A DNA stretch of 63,797 nucleotides, filler included, from Globobulimina sp. (lineage: Eukaryota), in assembly GCA_003354225.1 (NCBI GenBank). It is 35 parts of 35 records of this genome, joined end to end, with 100 filler letters (N's around TTAATTAATTAA, not from the genome) between each part and the next. Parts side by side here need not be neighbours in the genome. Positions count along the whole stretch, not along the records: positions 49,301 to 51,025 come from PIVH01012673.1; positions 51,126 to 52,850 come from PIVH01012674.1; positions 52,951 to 54,675 come from PIVH01012675.1; positions 54,776 to 56,500 come from PIVH01012676.1; positions 56,601 to 58,325 come from PIVH01012677.1; positions 58,426 to 60,149 come from PIVH01012678.1; positions 60,250 to 61,973 come from PIVH01012679.1; 28 more parts are not named here. The stretch is one strand, 5' to 3'. This document shows positions 49,484 to 60,928 of the stretch, in pieces (position 1 is the first letter of the stretch; each line of letters opens with the position of its first letter). Both the position numbers and the translations under genes were made by a program. The notes below the pieces were generated by a model. It did no database searches. It was not told where the DNA came from and was given only the letters and a program-made list of their open reading frames with translations.

Positions 49484-50302
49484 ATGGCAGATTTGGAAAC
49501 TTTTAACAGGGCGAAATTAATATCAGCCAATGAGATCTCTTTGAATGTATGGTTTGCTGTGAACAACGGAAAGTTTTCAGATGATAAATATTTATTAGAG
49601 GCATACAGTAAATATAAACCAAAACGAACACCATTGCATTTGCCATGGATTATTCCCGACAGAAATGGAATTCAATTATCATTTAAAACTTTTGGATACA
49701 TAGCTCATTCTGTTTATCCATATTGGTGTTATCATGTTGAAAAATATGGTGCAGGAACACTTGTAATTGAACAGAGAAACACATTTAATACACAAACTGA
49801 TCCAAATAGGATAATTGTTACTTATTTAAATTTAAAGCAACTTAAAATATTCTTACATACAATGGAATTTATTAAGGGCGCTGACGGACATTTAAAATAT
49901 AAAAGTAACATATATTTAGCACTTAGAGCGTATAAAGAACGCAAAAATCCGAATTGTTCAGGAATGAGTGTTTTTTATTTGAGTAATAATGATTCGTTTT
50001 CAGTGATTAAATCGGCGTCCGAATACAATGAATCATATACAAAGGAATGGAAAAACTTTGAAAATGCAATGAAAAGAGCAAAATTAAGAAAATGTCGCGT
50101 GAACCGTATACTGGAATTGGATTTAAAAAATAAATCAGTATCATGTATGAATATCAAATTAAAACATTGTTCATGGAAATACTGTAATAATTTGAAAAAT
50201 ACACATTTTAAAATTTGCTCAAGATGTAAGCTAATGCGATATTGCTGTCGATCGCATCAAAAAAGAGATTGGAACTCTCATCACAAATATTATTGTAATT
50301 AA
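49484..50302 (+). CDS. MYND zinc-finger protein
   Basis: CSWKYC...CSRCKLMRYCCRSHQKRDW..HH..C. Confidence 0.85.
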   Translation: MADLETFNRAKLISANEISLNVWFAVNNGKFSDDKYLLEAYSKYKPKRTPLHLPWIIPDRNGIQLSFKTFGYIAHSVYPYWCYHVEKYGAGTLVIEQRNTFNTQTDPNRIIVTYLNLKQLKIFLHTMEFIKGADGHLKYKSNIYLALRAYKERKNPNCSGMSVFYLSNNDSFSVIKSASEYNESYTKEWKNFENAMKRAKLRKCRVNRILELDLKNKSVSCMNIKLKHCSWKYCNNLKNTHFKICSRCKLMRYCCRSHQKRDWNSHHKYYCN

Positions 50303-50471
50303 GAAATAAAATGAACGAGTAAAGTCTATCATAAATTATTTTATTGAATGTTTGTGACTTTGATTGTTTGATATTGAATTCTAAAGTATCATGCACTGTA
50401 AATTTAGAGAGTTGCTAGTTACCTTCCAGAAAACAGCTTAACTATTTTAGTAATACTGGAAGAAAAAGACC

Positions 50472-51025
50472 ATGGCAGATTGGGAAATGTTTAACAGGGC
50501 AAAATTAACTATTTCATGCATGAAAGCTTTGAATCTAAATTCAAAATCAGCTGATGGGATCTCTTTGAATGTATTGTTTGCTGTGAACAACGGAAAGTTT
50601 TCAGATGAGAACTATTTATTGCTACTAAGTAAATATAAACCAAAACGAACACGATTGCATTTGCCATGGATTATTCCCAACAAAAATAAAATTCAATTAT
50701 CATTTAAAACGGTGCAAGGAAGACCGCCAACATCCATGCAATTGTCTTATGGATATTTATTTGGATACATAGCGCATTGTGTTTATCCGTATTGGTGTTA
50801 TCATGTTGAAAAATATGGTGCAGGAACACTTGTAATTGAACCGAGAAATATTAAACCTTTGAATTCCGTAATAAATACAAACACATTTAATATACAAACT
50901 GATCCAAACAAGATCTTTGTTACTTATTTAAATTTAAAGCAACTTAAAATATTCATAAATACAATGGAATTTACTAAGGGCGTTTATGGACCTTTAAAAT
51001 ATAAAAACAACCTAGATTTAGCACT
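50472..51025 (+). CDS. Tandem paralog of the MYND protein, partial
   Basis: High similarity to the 49484 ORF, with three in-frame insertions. Confidence 0.85.
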
Positions 51026-51125
51026 NNNNNNNNNNNNNNNNNNNNNNNNNNNNNNNNNNNNNNNNNNNNTTAATTAATTAANNNNNNNNNNNNNNNNNNN
51101 NNNNNNNNNNNNNNNNNNNNNNNNN

Positions 51126-51368
51126 TGCACATTGCCTAAGAGATAGGCTTATATAATACGCACTGCCTCAAAGATAGGCTTATATAGTACACACTGCCTA
51201 AGAGATAGGCTTATATATATTGCACATTGCCTAAAAGCTAGGCTTTATAGTACACACTGCCTAAGAGATAGGCTTATATAATACGCACTGCCTCAAAGAT
51301 AGGCTTATATAGTATACACTGCCTAAGAGATAGGCATATATATTACACATTGCCTACGAGATAGGCTT
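51126..51368. repeat. ~31-bp minisatellite, 8 copies, palindromic core GCCTA-n5-TAGGC
   Basis: TACACACTGCCTAAGAGATAGGCTTATATA repeated. Confidence 0.9.
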
Positions 51369-52143
51369 TGTTTATACCTAAAAAAATAGGTAAAACGTAC
51401 ACCAACTCCGTACACAAAATTAGCGTAAATAATGTATATAGTTACATCAATAAGAAACGCAAGAGACCAAATAAACGTATTTTAAAACAATTCTGTTGTT
51501 AATATTTGCTTTGCAAAATGTACACAAATCATCCACAAATCAAAAAGCGTAAATAAACAAGAATAATATATATTTACTTTACCGTAATACCAATACAATT
51601 ATGCATGAATATCCATTATAAAACAAATACAATAAAACAAAATACATTAATATGCATTCCTTATAATTATCTATTTGGTACTATTAATGCATCAGATTTT
51701 ATATAATCATTATGTGTCTTTAACAACATTCCGTATTAATTTTATATATTCGCACCAAACATTATATTTTCTATTAAAAATAATTCATTGCGATCACAAT
51801 TTTAAAATTTAATTCCAATTCAAACTCTTTACATAATTGTATTAAATCATTGCAATATTCAATACGCCTGCAACTGTTGGATAATTGTGGCAATATACAT
51901 TCATTCAAAGTGAATACTATTCATTTATTCAGATTATTCCCGTATAGCAGATTGTAAAATTTTCTTCCAGACTATTCATTTAATTCCAGACTATTCATTC
52001 AAAGTGAATACTATTCATTTAATTCCAGACTATAGATTTTCTATCCATTTTTTCCCATCAATATTCTTTCTTATTTTCTTTTTATTTTCTACCTTTTGGA
52101 AACACCGCGTGCAAGGATAATGTATACAATTTCAAAAGAAAAG

Positions 52144-52169
52144 GGTTTCAAACAGGTCCTATTCTAAAG
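52144..52169. mobile_element. Solo TIR of the 5919-6061 MITE family
   Basis: GGTTTCAAACAGGTCCTATTCTAAAG. Confidence 0.6.
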
Positions 52170-52234
52170 CTAGTACTGTATTCGGAAATTGATAATATAT
52201 AAATTATACAAAGAAAAATGTACATATAATTTAA

Positions 52235-52850
52235 TTATAATTCTTGGCCAGTGATAGAATGGTAAATGCTCTGAACATGCGATTTATATGTTTTGTATGG
52301 GAAAAGTTTTTGATTTTCATCATATTGATATACCATTCCATTCAAAGGACCATCATTAAAAATACCAATAGTTAATCGTTGAAAATCTGTGATTGGTATA
52401 ACACGATGACGACAGGCTGTAAAAGGAATCTTTGTATTTTTTGTTGCCTCAGCTATTAAACAGCCAAAATTCAACACAAAATTTTCATTCCTATCATGAT
52501 AATCAATATCATACCATTCACCATTATAAAATACTTGAAAACCAGGACCTCCACTCCTTAAAATCGTAAGTAATCCGCTATCGCTATGCCCGGCTAATCC
52601 TTGCATTGCTTCCTTGCCTCTGCTCATTGTCAACGTGTGCGGATCGTAATTGTTTACAGCAATTATTTGATTTAATTCTTTTTTTCCGCCCAACATTGTT
52701 TCAATATCACTCAATGGAAATATTTCTAATTTTAGCCATATTTTCTCAAATATTTCATACGACTCAGTACAAAGATAATCAAATAATGCCATCACATTCT
52801 TCATTTCTTTAAATGGATTCAATTCGTGATTCATCACTGCTGGATTCATA
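52235..52850 (-). CDS. 2OG-Fe(II) oxygenase, C-terminal part
   Basis: HSDSGLLTIL, GFQV, NFG, HRV, RLT. Confidence 0.9.
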
Positions 52851-53115
52851 NNNNNNNNNNNNNNNNNNNNNNNNNNNNNNNNNNNNNNNNNNNNTTAATT
52901 AATTAANNNNNNNNNNNNNNNNNNNNNNNNNNNNNNNNNNNNNNNNNNNNTCGTTTTTTCTGACAACGACTATTTTTGTAACGAGAAGCAATTGAAGTGT
53001 CTGCTTTTACGACAGCTCTAATGGGTTATATTTATGCCTATTGCAACACACAAAAAGTCAAGCAAAATGACGAAAGAGTTAGTGTAGTCAAGCCTATTTC
53101 TAGTGCGTATAGATA

Positions 53116-54231
53116 TTATGAAGGCAGATCGATTGGGATCTGGCTACAATTAATTCCCTTAAACAGTGTATAATTATATTTGAGTGCGTATGGTCTTATT
53201 GACTCCCAGAAATCGCATAAAATCTTTGTTTCCCCACTTTGTATCAACTCATTGATGGCGAAATCCAATGAAACATATTTTGTATCATTTCTTATTGATC
53301 TGTGAATGATGCCAAATCTTCCATAATTATTCTTTATCAAACTATCTTTTATACAACGAATTTTCTCCGATAATTTGTACTGTATTTTTGCATAATATTC
53401 ATCATTATATAGAAACTTTGCAATTTTATTCAATTGTTGCAAACTTGCTTCACTTTCATTGCTAAAAAATGTCTCAAACTTTACAACAATATGTTTAAAA
53501 TTATATTTCTTGTATAACTCCAACAAAACGAATATAGAATTGGCTGCCCGCCCCTTTCTTGTATCCATTTGAATTATTCTTTTAAATATTGTAATGTTCC
53601 AATTTTTCCTCTGAACCAAAGATGTGTGTTGATTCTGTTGTTTTTCCTTATGACCTTTCATAAAATTGAACATTGCAAACATTGCTTTCCAGGGATCTCT
53701 CACAATAAAAATTGCTGTGGTGTAACCCCATTTAATTTGGTCAGATTTGCGCCATCCGAAACATGCAGTTAATAAATTTTGAGGATCTTTAAATTTCAAT
53801 CGGAGATGTTCAGGATGTGCCTTTACAGCAATTACTTTATACTGTTCAGCACAAATTCCTTCTCCTTTGAAACCAATGCTTTTCAAAGAAGGGTCGTTGT
53901 AAATTGCTCCGGTCCATATTCCAGTAATATGTTCAATTAATAATCTCGTAAACGTATTACCTGAGCCACTGTGCGAAAATAAAAATGATGGATATTGGAA
54001 TCGAAATTTATGTTTTGTTTCATTTTTATCCAAAAAATGTATTTTTTCATCATCTGCTTCAATTTTTGTTATGCATTCAATTTTTGTCATTGTCATTCGT
54101 ATAGTTTTTTCTTGGTGCAAATAATCGCTTGCAATAAATGTATAGTTTTGTTTCATTTTTTCTTGGTGCGAAATGTATAGGAAGGCAACAATAAATACAA
54201 CCATGAATACTAACATTCCTATACACTTCAT
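53116..54231 (-). CDS. Type II membrane sulfotransferase (WSCD-like)
   Basis: SHSGSGNTFTRLLIE..TG..TG.IY.D, VKAH, VRDP; the longer ORF call runs into the minisatellite. Confidence 0.85.
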   Translation of the reverse strand: MKCIGMLVFMVVFIVAFLYISHQEKMKQNYTFIASDYLHQEKTIRMTMTKIECITKIEADDEKIHFLDKNETKHKFRFQYPSFLFSHSGSGNTFTRLLIEHITGIWTGAIYNDPSLKSIGFKGEGICAEQYKVIAVKAHPEHLRLKFKDPQNLLTACFGWRKSDQIKWGYTTAIFIVRDPWKAMFAMFNFMKGHKEKQQNQHTSLVQRKNWNITIFKRIIQMDTRKGRAANSIFVLLELYKKYNFKHIVVKFETFFSNESEASLQQLNKIAKFLYNDEYYAKIQYKLSEKIRCIKDSLIKNNYGRFGIIHRSIRNDTKYVSLDFAINELIQSGETKILCDFWESIRPYALKYNYTLFKGINCSQIPIDLPS

Positions 54232-54328
54232 ACTTTTGATGTATGGTTGAAACCAAAAAAATGAACCATGATGATCGGACTGGTGCTTTAAAAACTGATG
54301 TTTTGAACTAAGTTTTGAGCACTGCTCT

Positions 54329-54675
54329 GTGCCAAATGTGAGATAGGCACCATTCCGTGCCAAATGTAAGAGAGGCACCAACCCGTGCCAAATGTAGGCT
54401 CGGCACCAACCCGTGCCAAATGTAGGCTAGGCACCAACCCGTGCCAAATGTAACCTTGGCACCAATCCGTGCCAAATGTAGGCTCGGCACCAACCCGTGC
54501 TAAATGTAGGCTCGGCACCAACCCGTGCTAAATGTAGGCTCGGCACCAACCCGTGCTAAATGTAGGCTAGGCACCAACCCGTGCTAAATGTAGGCTAGGC
54601 ACCAACCCGTGCCAAATGTAGGCTCGGCACCAACCCGTGCCAAATGTAGGCTCGGCACCAACCCGTGCTAAATGT
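54329..54675. repeat. 28-bp minisatellite, ~12 copies, hairpin core GTGCC...GGCAC
   Basis: GTGCCAAATGTAGGCTCGGCACCAACCC repeated to contig end. Confidence 0.92.
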
Positions 54676-54830
54676 NNNNNNNNNNNNNNNNNNNNNNNNN
54701 NNNNNNNNNNNNNNNNNNNTTAATTAATTAANNNNNNNNNNNNNNNNNNNNNNNNNNNNNNNNNNNNNNNNNNNNTACATTAATATGTCATTAATATGAC
54801 ATTAATATGAAATATCGCATTAATATCGCA

Positions 54831-55685
54831 TTAATATGAATGCTTTCTTAAATACCTTATCAATTTCCTGACTTTTTTATCATTTAAAAAGAATAATATT
54901 GAACCTTTATCCAAATCCAAACAAATTTTAATTTCGTCATTGTCTGACCATGACCATGACCTAAGCGCAGATAAAGATTTATTACATCGACATGAACCAT
55001 CTGCGTTGTAACTTGCATAATAAAATGCATTTATTTCAGGCGTACCGGTATTGCCATAAAGTGCCCTGGCACCAAATCCATCGTTATCTCCAATTCCATC
55101 AAAATCACCAATATATATATCCCTATTTAAATTTGACACAATACCAAATTCTTGCCGTAGTGAATCACATTGTATTATCTTAATTGTCCACTCATGAGAC
55201 CCAGTCTTAAAGCCATTGGATGACATGAAATATTTATTATATTTGCTATTTATAACATTAAATCCATTAATATGCGATGTATCGATAGGTGATGGCGGTG
55301 GTGACGATATCACAAATTCGGGTGAGTTACATGACGATATGGCAGAGGGTGACGCAGTGGAACAGGTTGTAGCGGCCGACAATGTGGAAACAATTGGATT
55401 ATAAGCTGACAATGTTGAAACGGCAGATTGGGCAGAAATACTTACTGGCATTGAACATGGATCTGACGATGTTTTATTTGGTATTTTTATTGATGGCACT
55501 TTAATTTTGTATTTTTTCGTATCATTTGGTGGGTTGTTATTATTCATATCTTGCAATTGGTCATTATCATCATTACAAGCAAATAAGTCATAACACTCGT
55601 TAGTGCTATGTGGTGAATCTGTTAATAAGGGATTATTGTTACTTTGATCTTTAGATATAATAAACCGTTGTGCTTTCATTATCAA
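54831..55685 (-). CDS. Ser/Pro-rich + SPRY-like protein
   Basis: GSHEWTIKI...FGI...DEIKICLDLDKGSILFFLN. Confidence 0.65.
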   Translation of the reverse strand: MIMKAQRFIISKDQSNNNPLLTDSPHSTNECYDLFACNDDNDQLQDMNNNNPPNDTKKYKIKVPSIKIPNKTSSDPCSMPVSISAQSAVSTLSAYNPIVSTLSAATTCSTASPSAISSCNSPEFVISSPPPSPIDTSHINGFNVINSKYNKYFMSSNGFKTGSHEWTIKIIQCDSLRQEFGIVSNLNRDIYIGDFDGIGDNDGFGARALYGNTGTPEINAFYYASYNADGSCRCNKSLSALRSWSWSDNDEIKICLDLDKGSILFFLNDKKVRKLIRYLRKHSY

Positions 55686-55743
55686 GCTAAAATGTTTAAA
55701 AAAAAAAACTTTTATACAATCATCATACTTATTTTTTTTTACA

Positions 55744-56500
55744 ATGGCATATGATGGTTTTAGTGAAAAAGATTATGAAAATATGCGTCGGCCAGGTAGC
55801 AAAATGTCATTAACAATGAACGGCCACTCCAACATCGCAACAGTAGTCTCCTTTGACCCATCCCTTTGCCAAGTAAGCGTAAAATACGAACGCAATACAT
55901 TTATGAAACAAGATTTATTGGACAGATTGCGAGAAGACGAGTTTTCAATTGATTTGCGTGGCTACGACCACCAATGGATCGATTCCGAATCGGATTTATA
56001 TTGCTTAGCCTGCCATTCCTTAGAATTGGATCACTTATTTGTATGTAATCATGACTCCCACTCAGAGCCTGGCCAACAAATAGCATTTCATGACCGATGT
56101 TTGGATGTAAATTTAGGTCATACCATTCCAACCAATGACAACAACCGGCAATGGATTTGTCCGATGCATTCAAATATGTTACAAAAAATTGATCCAAAAT
56201 CATTGCGTCGTCGGCGCGGTCCTTATGACTTTGAGTTCGATCGACCTCTCAAAAAAAGAAGACTTAACCTCTCCGACTCTGATGCAAATTGGCTCAAATT
56301 ACCAAAAGGTACCTTATATTATACATCCTTGCACCGCGTACACGTAATACACACATAAAAAGACATTGAAGCTGTATATCCCATTCACATTTCGTGTGAA
56401 TACTGTTATTCTGAAGGCATTGCATCGGAGTGTGATGGGCATCGGCCATGTAGCCATTGTATGAAATATATCAAAGATGAGGTATTAGATATGAATCAAT
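55744..56500 (+). CDS. PHD-like finger + Zn2Cys6-like cluster protein, intron 56309-56362, 3'-partial
   Basis: CLAC...C...FHDRCL...WICPMH; spliced exon SCEYCYSEGIASECDGHRPCSHC. Confidence 0.65.
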
Positions 56501-56600
56501 NNNNNNNNNNNNNNNNNNNNNNNNNNNNNNNNNNNNNNNNNNNNTTAATTAATTAANNNNNNNNNNNNNNNNNNNNNNNNNNNNNNNNNNNNNNNNNNNN

Positions 56601-58325
56601 CCGATCAATTTAGCAGAAATCATCAGAGCCATATTGCAGTTGCCGGATAAATTGCAGCCGCGATGTGAGGCCAACAACCCTCGATACAAATTCATAGTAT
56701 ATGACGACCGCAATATTAATATATTTAACTTAACAGATTGGTCGCAGCAATACGCAAACCCGGACCCGAATCGTTTTAATACATATGACAGATTCTACGG
56801 TATCCAACGAAGAGGCCGTGGTCGTGGACGTGGCCGTGGTGGACGTGGACGAGGTAACTTTCGTGGTCGTGGACGTGGCAGAGGTCGAGGCCGAGGGCGA
56901 GGAGGCTCGTTCCGTGCACGTGGAAGAGGCCGCGGGTTATCCGGAAATCGCAGACCAAGGCCAGGTAATTGGAATAATGACAGCAGCGCAAAACGCGCCA
57001 AGGTGGAATGCTTCCGATGTGGCAAAATTGGCCATTACCAAAGTGATTGCTATGCGACGTATCATAAAAACGGCCAACCTTTAAAGAAACAGACAAATGA
57101 TAAACCAGACAGGAAAAGGGGCGCACAAACCGGTGGCATGAAATGCTATCGCTGCGGACGAGATAATCATATGAGGCGCGATTGTATCGCAAATAAGACT
57201 GTTTCTGGCGAAGATATTCACGATTTACAGTTTTATAATAATTCCACTGCATCAAATGCGCCAAAGGCAGTACAGCAACAACGTGCGAATGAACAGAACA
57301 AAAAGAATCAACGCCAACAATTCACAATAACCATATCGCAGCCACAGAAACAGGATAAAAACGACGATAATAATGATCATAACCATAATAAGAAAAAGAA
57401 AAGGCAGCGCCCCCGGACACACTCAGAATCAGTCGACATCTTCTTCGATGCCACAAATTAATGCCTCAAAACCACAACAATCAAAACCAATCATATCCCG
57501 CACTCCAAAACATGCAAAACCAACACAAAAACATAGCACTTATTACGTAGGGTCATCATATTACGGATTCGATCATGGCCGCTCGCCTATGATCAGACAT
57601 GATGGCTCAGAGAGTGCATATCCTTCAAAACCAATCGAACCAGCATCTAAACCAGAACCTAAACCAACCCCTAAACCCATATTGCAATCGCGACCAATAT
57701 ATAATGACGAAGACGATGATGAAATAACCGACGATATCCCTGCATTAACCAACGTGTTGCGCGATCATCCGTGCTTTCATTTGAATAATCCGATATATGC
57801 TAAACGGTTCCGCGAGATATATGCAACGGAGAGCATAAATACAGCATATATCGATGTGCCTGTTAATACAATCAACTTTGAAGCAGTTTTCCCGTTTGAT
57901 GCTACTATTAATGCGGTGGCCGACGATGGCTCGAATATACAATGTATTAATTTTAAAACTGCTTTGAAATATAAGAAATACCTATTACACGATCGACGAC
58001 ACACAAAGGTGCGTACCGGCAATGGCTATACCACGGTGCACGAATATTTGCCAATGAAAATCAAACATAAAAATCGAATTATAACTACTAAATTCTATGT
58101 ACTGCACCAACTGCCGGATACGATCGATTTCCTCGTTGGCAGAGCCTTATTACATGTGCTTAACTATAAATTGGTACAAATGACAGACTCATTTGTCCAT
58201 AAATTCCAGCCCGAATTCTATGATGATGACTTTGATGATATGCCGTGTGAGCTATATCCATTAGATACGGATGGCGAAAACGTAAATTTTGACATAGTGA
58301 TACAGAGCGAGGCAGCGCGTAAACC
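56601..58325 (+). mobile_element. LTR retrotransposon gag (RGG + two CCHC knuckles) and +1-frame protease ORF
   Basis: CFRCGKIGHYQSDC, CYRCGRDNHMRRDC; AVADDGS ... DFLVG retropepsin-like motifs. Confidence 0.8.
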
Positions 58326-58584
58326 NNNNNNNNNNNNNNNNNNNNNNNNNNNNNNNNNNNNNNNNNNNNTTAATTAATTAANNNNNNNNNNNNNNNNNNN
58401 NNNNNNNNNNNNNNNNNNNNNNNNNAAGTAGCCTAGCGAAATTAGTAATTAGTAGTAGTAGTAGGGGGCTAGTCTTAGTTATAAGAACACTAAGAAATAG
58501 TTATAAGAACACTAAGAAATCAATTATAAGAAAAATACACAAATTATTAAATTTTGTCAATAACAGTAGTGTTGTTTAAACATT

Positions 58585-60149
58585 TTAATAATATGATTTT
58601 TGCGTTTTCTTTTTTGATAAGGGCGGACCATATGATTTTGCATGATATGATGGCATTAACTGTGGATTATTCTGACTCTGATTCTGATTCTTGTTTTTAT
58701 GCGGATGCGGCTGCGGATGATACGAAGATGTATTATTAAAAGAAGGTTGTTGTTGTTGTTGCAGTATAAATATTTTTTCTTTTGGTATTAAAATTGCTGA
58801 TTCTTTATTATATAAATATTTTAAGGGAGGAAAAGTTAAAATAAATTGAGACAATGTCAGTAACTTTTGACCACAAATAAATGTGCCATCATTAGTCGGC
58901 GATAAGTCACACTTTAAATTGCTCACTTTATTTGCACTCTGTTTGTAAGAAATGGCAATGGATTTTGCTTCTTTGTATCGAAAACGAATAAGAAATGTGC
59001 CGCAAACTATGGACTGCGCAGACAACATTTGCTGTGCTTCGGAGCGCGACACAAAGCCGTGGATAACGAGCGGATTTAAGCAATTATAGTAAGTGGACAA
59101 TGTCTGTACCAATCGGGTCAAGCCATTGAACCACGAATAGATTGCATCAAATGTCTGGATGGAAATCGTTAAATCGTTTTTCATCCCCAATCCGCGAAAG
59201 CATTCAATCAAATTATTTTCTTCCAATGAGCGCCGACTCAACGTAAATTCACTAAAATCAGACTTTAAGATTTCAAAGATTTTATAATAATGACAGACGA
59301 GCATTGCATGCGCTTTTCGCCAAACTTGCTGTGCCGACACGTTGCAAATATGCAAATCGATCAATTGTTGCCGATTATTTATAATATTATTATTGCTGTT
59401 GCTGTTGCTGTTATTTTGCTGCAATTTGTGTTTTCTCTCCAATTTATGCTTAAAATTGTAGGTTTCCACCAATTTGGTCAATGTGGCACATTCCCACTGA
59501 TTTTTTAGCTTTGCCAACTGGTGGATTTGCAAGGGATTGTTTTTTAATATGCTCATAATATCTATATTTTCTTTGATGTCATTGGGTCGCCAGGTCATTG
59601 CCGTTAATTTGGCGAATAAATTGGCGCTCTGCGTCGACGACAACCGCCGTAACTGATAGGTTTTGGGCGAAATGGTGGAATTGTTATTATTTTCATACAT
59701 TGCGCCATCGCAGATTTTCTTGCTGATGATGACAAACTTTATCTTTTCAGACACTAATAACAAGATTTTGGATATAACACAAAATAACTCCTTGTTGAGA
59801 TCGATTGAGTTCATTTTATAATAACTTATCAATTCGTCAATGTCGTCAATGATAAATAAGGCATATCGACAAAATAATTTTAAATTATTTATTAGTGAGC
59901 ATTTGCTTTTATTGTTGTTGTTGTTGAATTTGACAATGACCGTTTGAGTGAGCATTTGAGTGAGAGTCACGTTGCCGTTGCCATTGCCGTTGCCAATAAA
60001 TTTCAGACTGTCAATGTAGTAAATACCATTCGGGAAATAGATTTTTCTGTCGTTTAAGTAGCGAGCGACCATAATGCAGCACGCCGACTTTCCAACGCCA
60101 TGATCGCCGTAAATATTCAATATGCGGCAACAAAACGAATTAGTCGTAG
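58585..60149 (-). CDS. STAND/NB-ARC-like P-loop NTPase + SH2-domain protein, 5'-partial
   Basis: GDHGVGKS, LFIIDD, NNPL; IHGFVSRSEAQQML...GTFLIRF...IAISY. Confidence 0.75.
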
Positions 60150-60257
60150 NNNNNNNNNNNNNNNNNNNNNNNNNNNNNNNNNNNNNNNNNNNNTTAATTA
60201 ATTAANNNNNNNNNNNNNNNNNNNNNNNNNNNNNNNNNNNNNNNNNNNNCTAGCAAT

Positions 60258-60653
60258 TTAAGCACGTTTTTTATTTTTACCTTTTCCATCACATTGTGGA
60301 CAATTTATTTTTTTTTCAATGGTTCCGCGTCCAATACAATCGTCACAGATATCGGTTCGTCCTCTTCCATTGCATTTATCACATCTAACATCTCTAAATG
60401 TTTTTTCTTGGTGCTCCAATCGCCCGGTTCCATTACAAACTGTGCATTTATCGGCGGTGTTACTTCTCCCACCGCACGCATTACAAAATTTTATATCTGC
60501 GGAATAATCTATTTTTTGAATTCTTCCACTTGCATTGCATTTATTACAATCCATTTTCGATAAATATTTACCATTTCCTTTGCAACTAACGCATTTTATC
60601 TCTGCTATAATCTGACCAACACCTGCACAATGGGTACATTGCTCATTTCCCAT
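60258..60653 (-). CDS. DnaJ-type CxxCxGxG zinc-finger protein lacking a J domain
   Basis: Eight CxxC motifs, most followed by xGxG; MGNEQC start. Confidence 0.8.
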   Translation of the reverse strand: MGNEQCTHCAGVGQIIAEIKCVSCKGNGKYLSKMDCNKCNASGRIQKIDYSADIKFCNACGGRSNTADKCTVCNGTGRLEHQEKTFRDVRCDKCNGRGRTDICDDCIGRGTIEKKINCPQCDGKGKNKKRA

Positions 60654-60928
60654 TTTGTAGTAGTTCCCAAACCTCAAAACTTTGTTTTCAATTTTTCATC
60701 GGATTTGTTTTCAAAACTTAGTTGCACAATTTAGTAGGAATTAACGTTTTTGAATCGTCATTTATTGTTTCCTCCGTATTTCCGAATCAGCAAAACAAAG
60801 AAAAATTAATAATTAAAGTGAATATCAATAATAATTAAGGACGCGTACACAACAAAATTGAACTAAAACTAGACACAACAAAACAAAGTTTATAGGCATG
60901 CAGTATATAAACGTTGCATATGACTTAT

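Noticed and set aside
54329-54675. CRISPR-like palindromic repeats (also 51126-51368)
   Set aside because: Head-to-tail units with no unique spacers, no cas genes, eukaryotic context
58426-58530. TAG-rich contig end as a possible telomere
   Set aside because: No regular telomeric unit; only a short microsatellite and a 21-bp duplication
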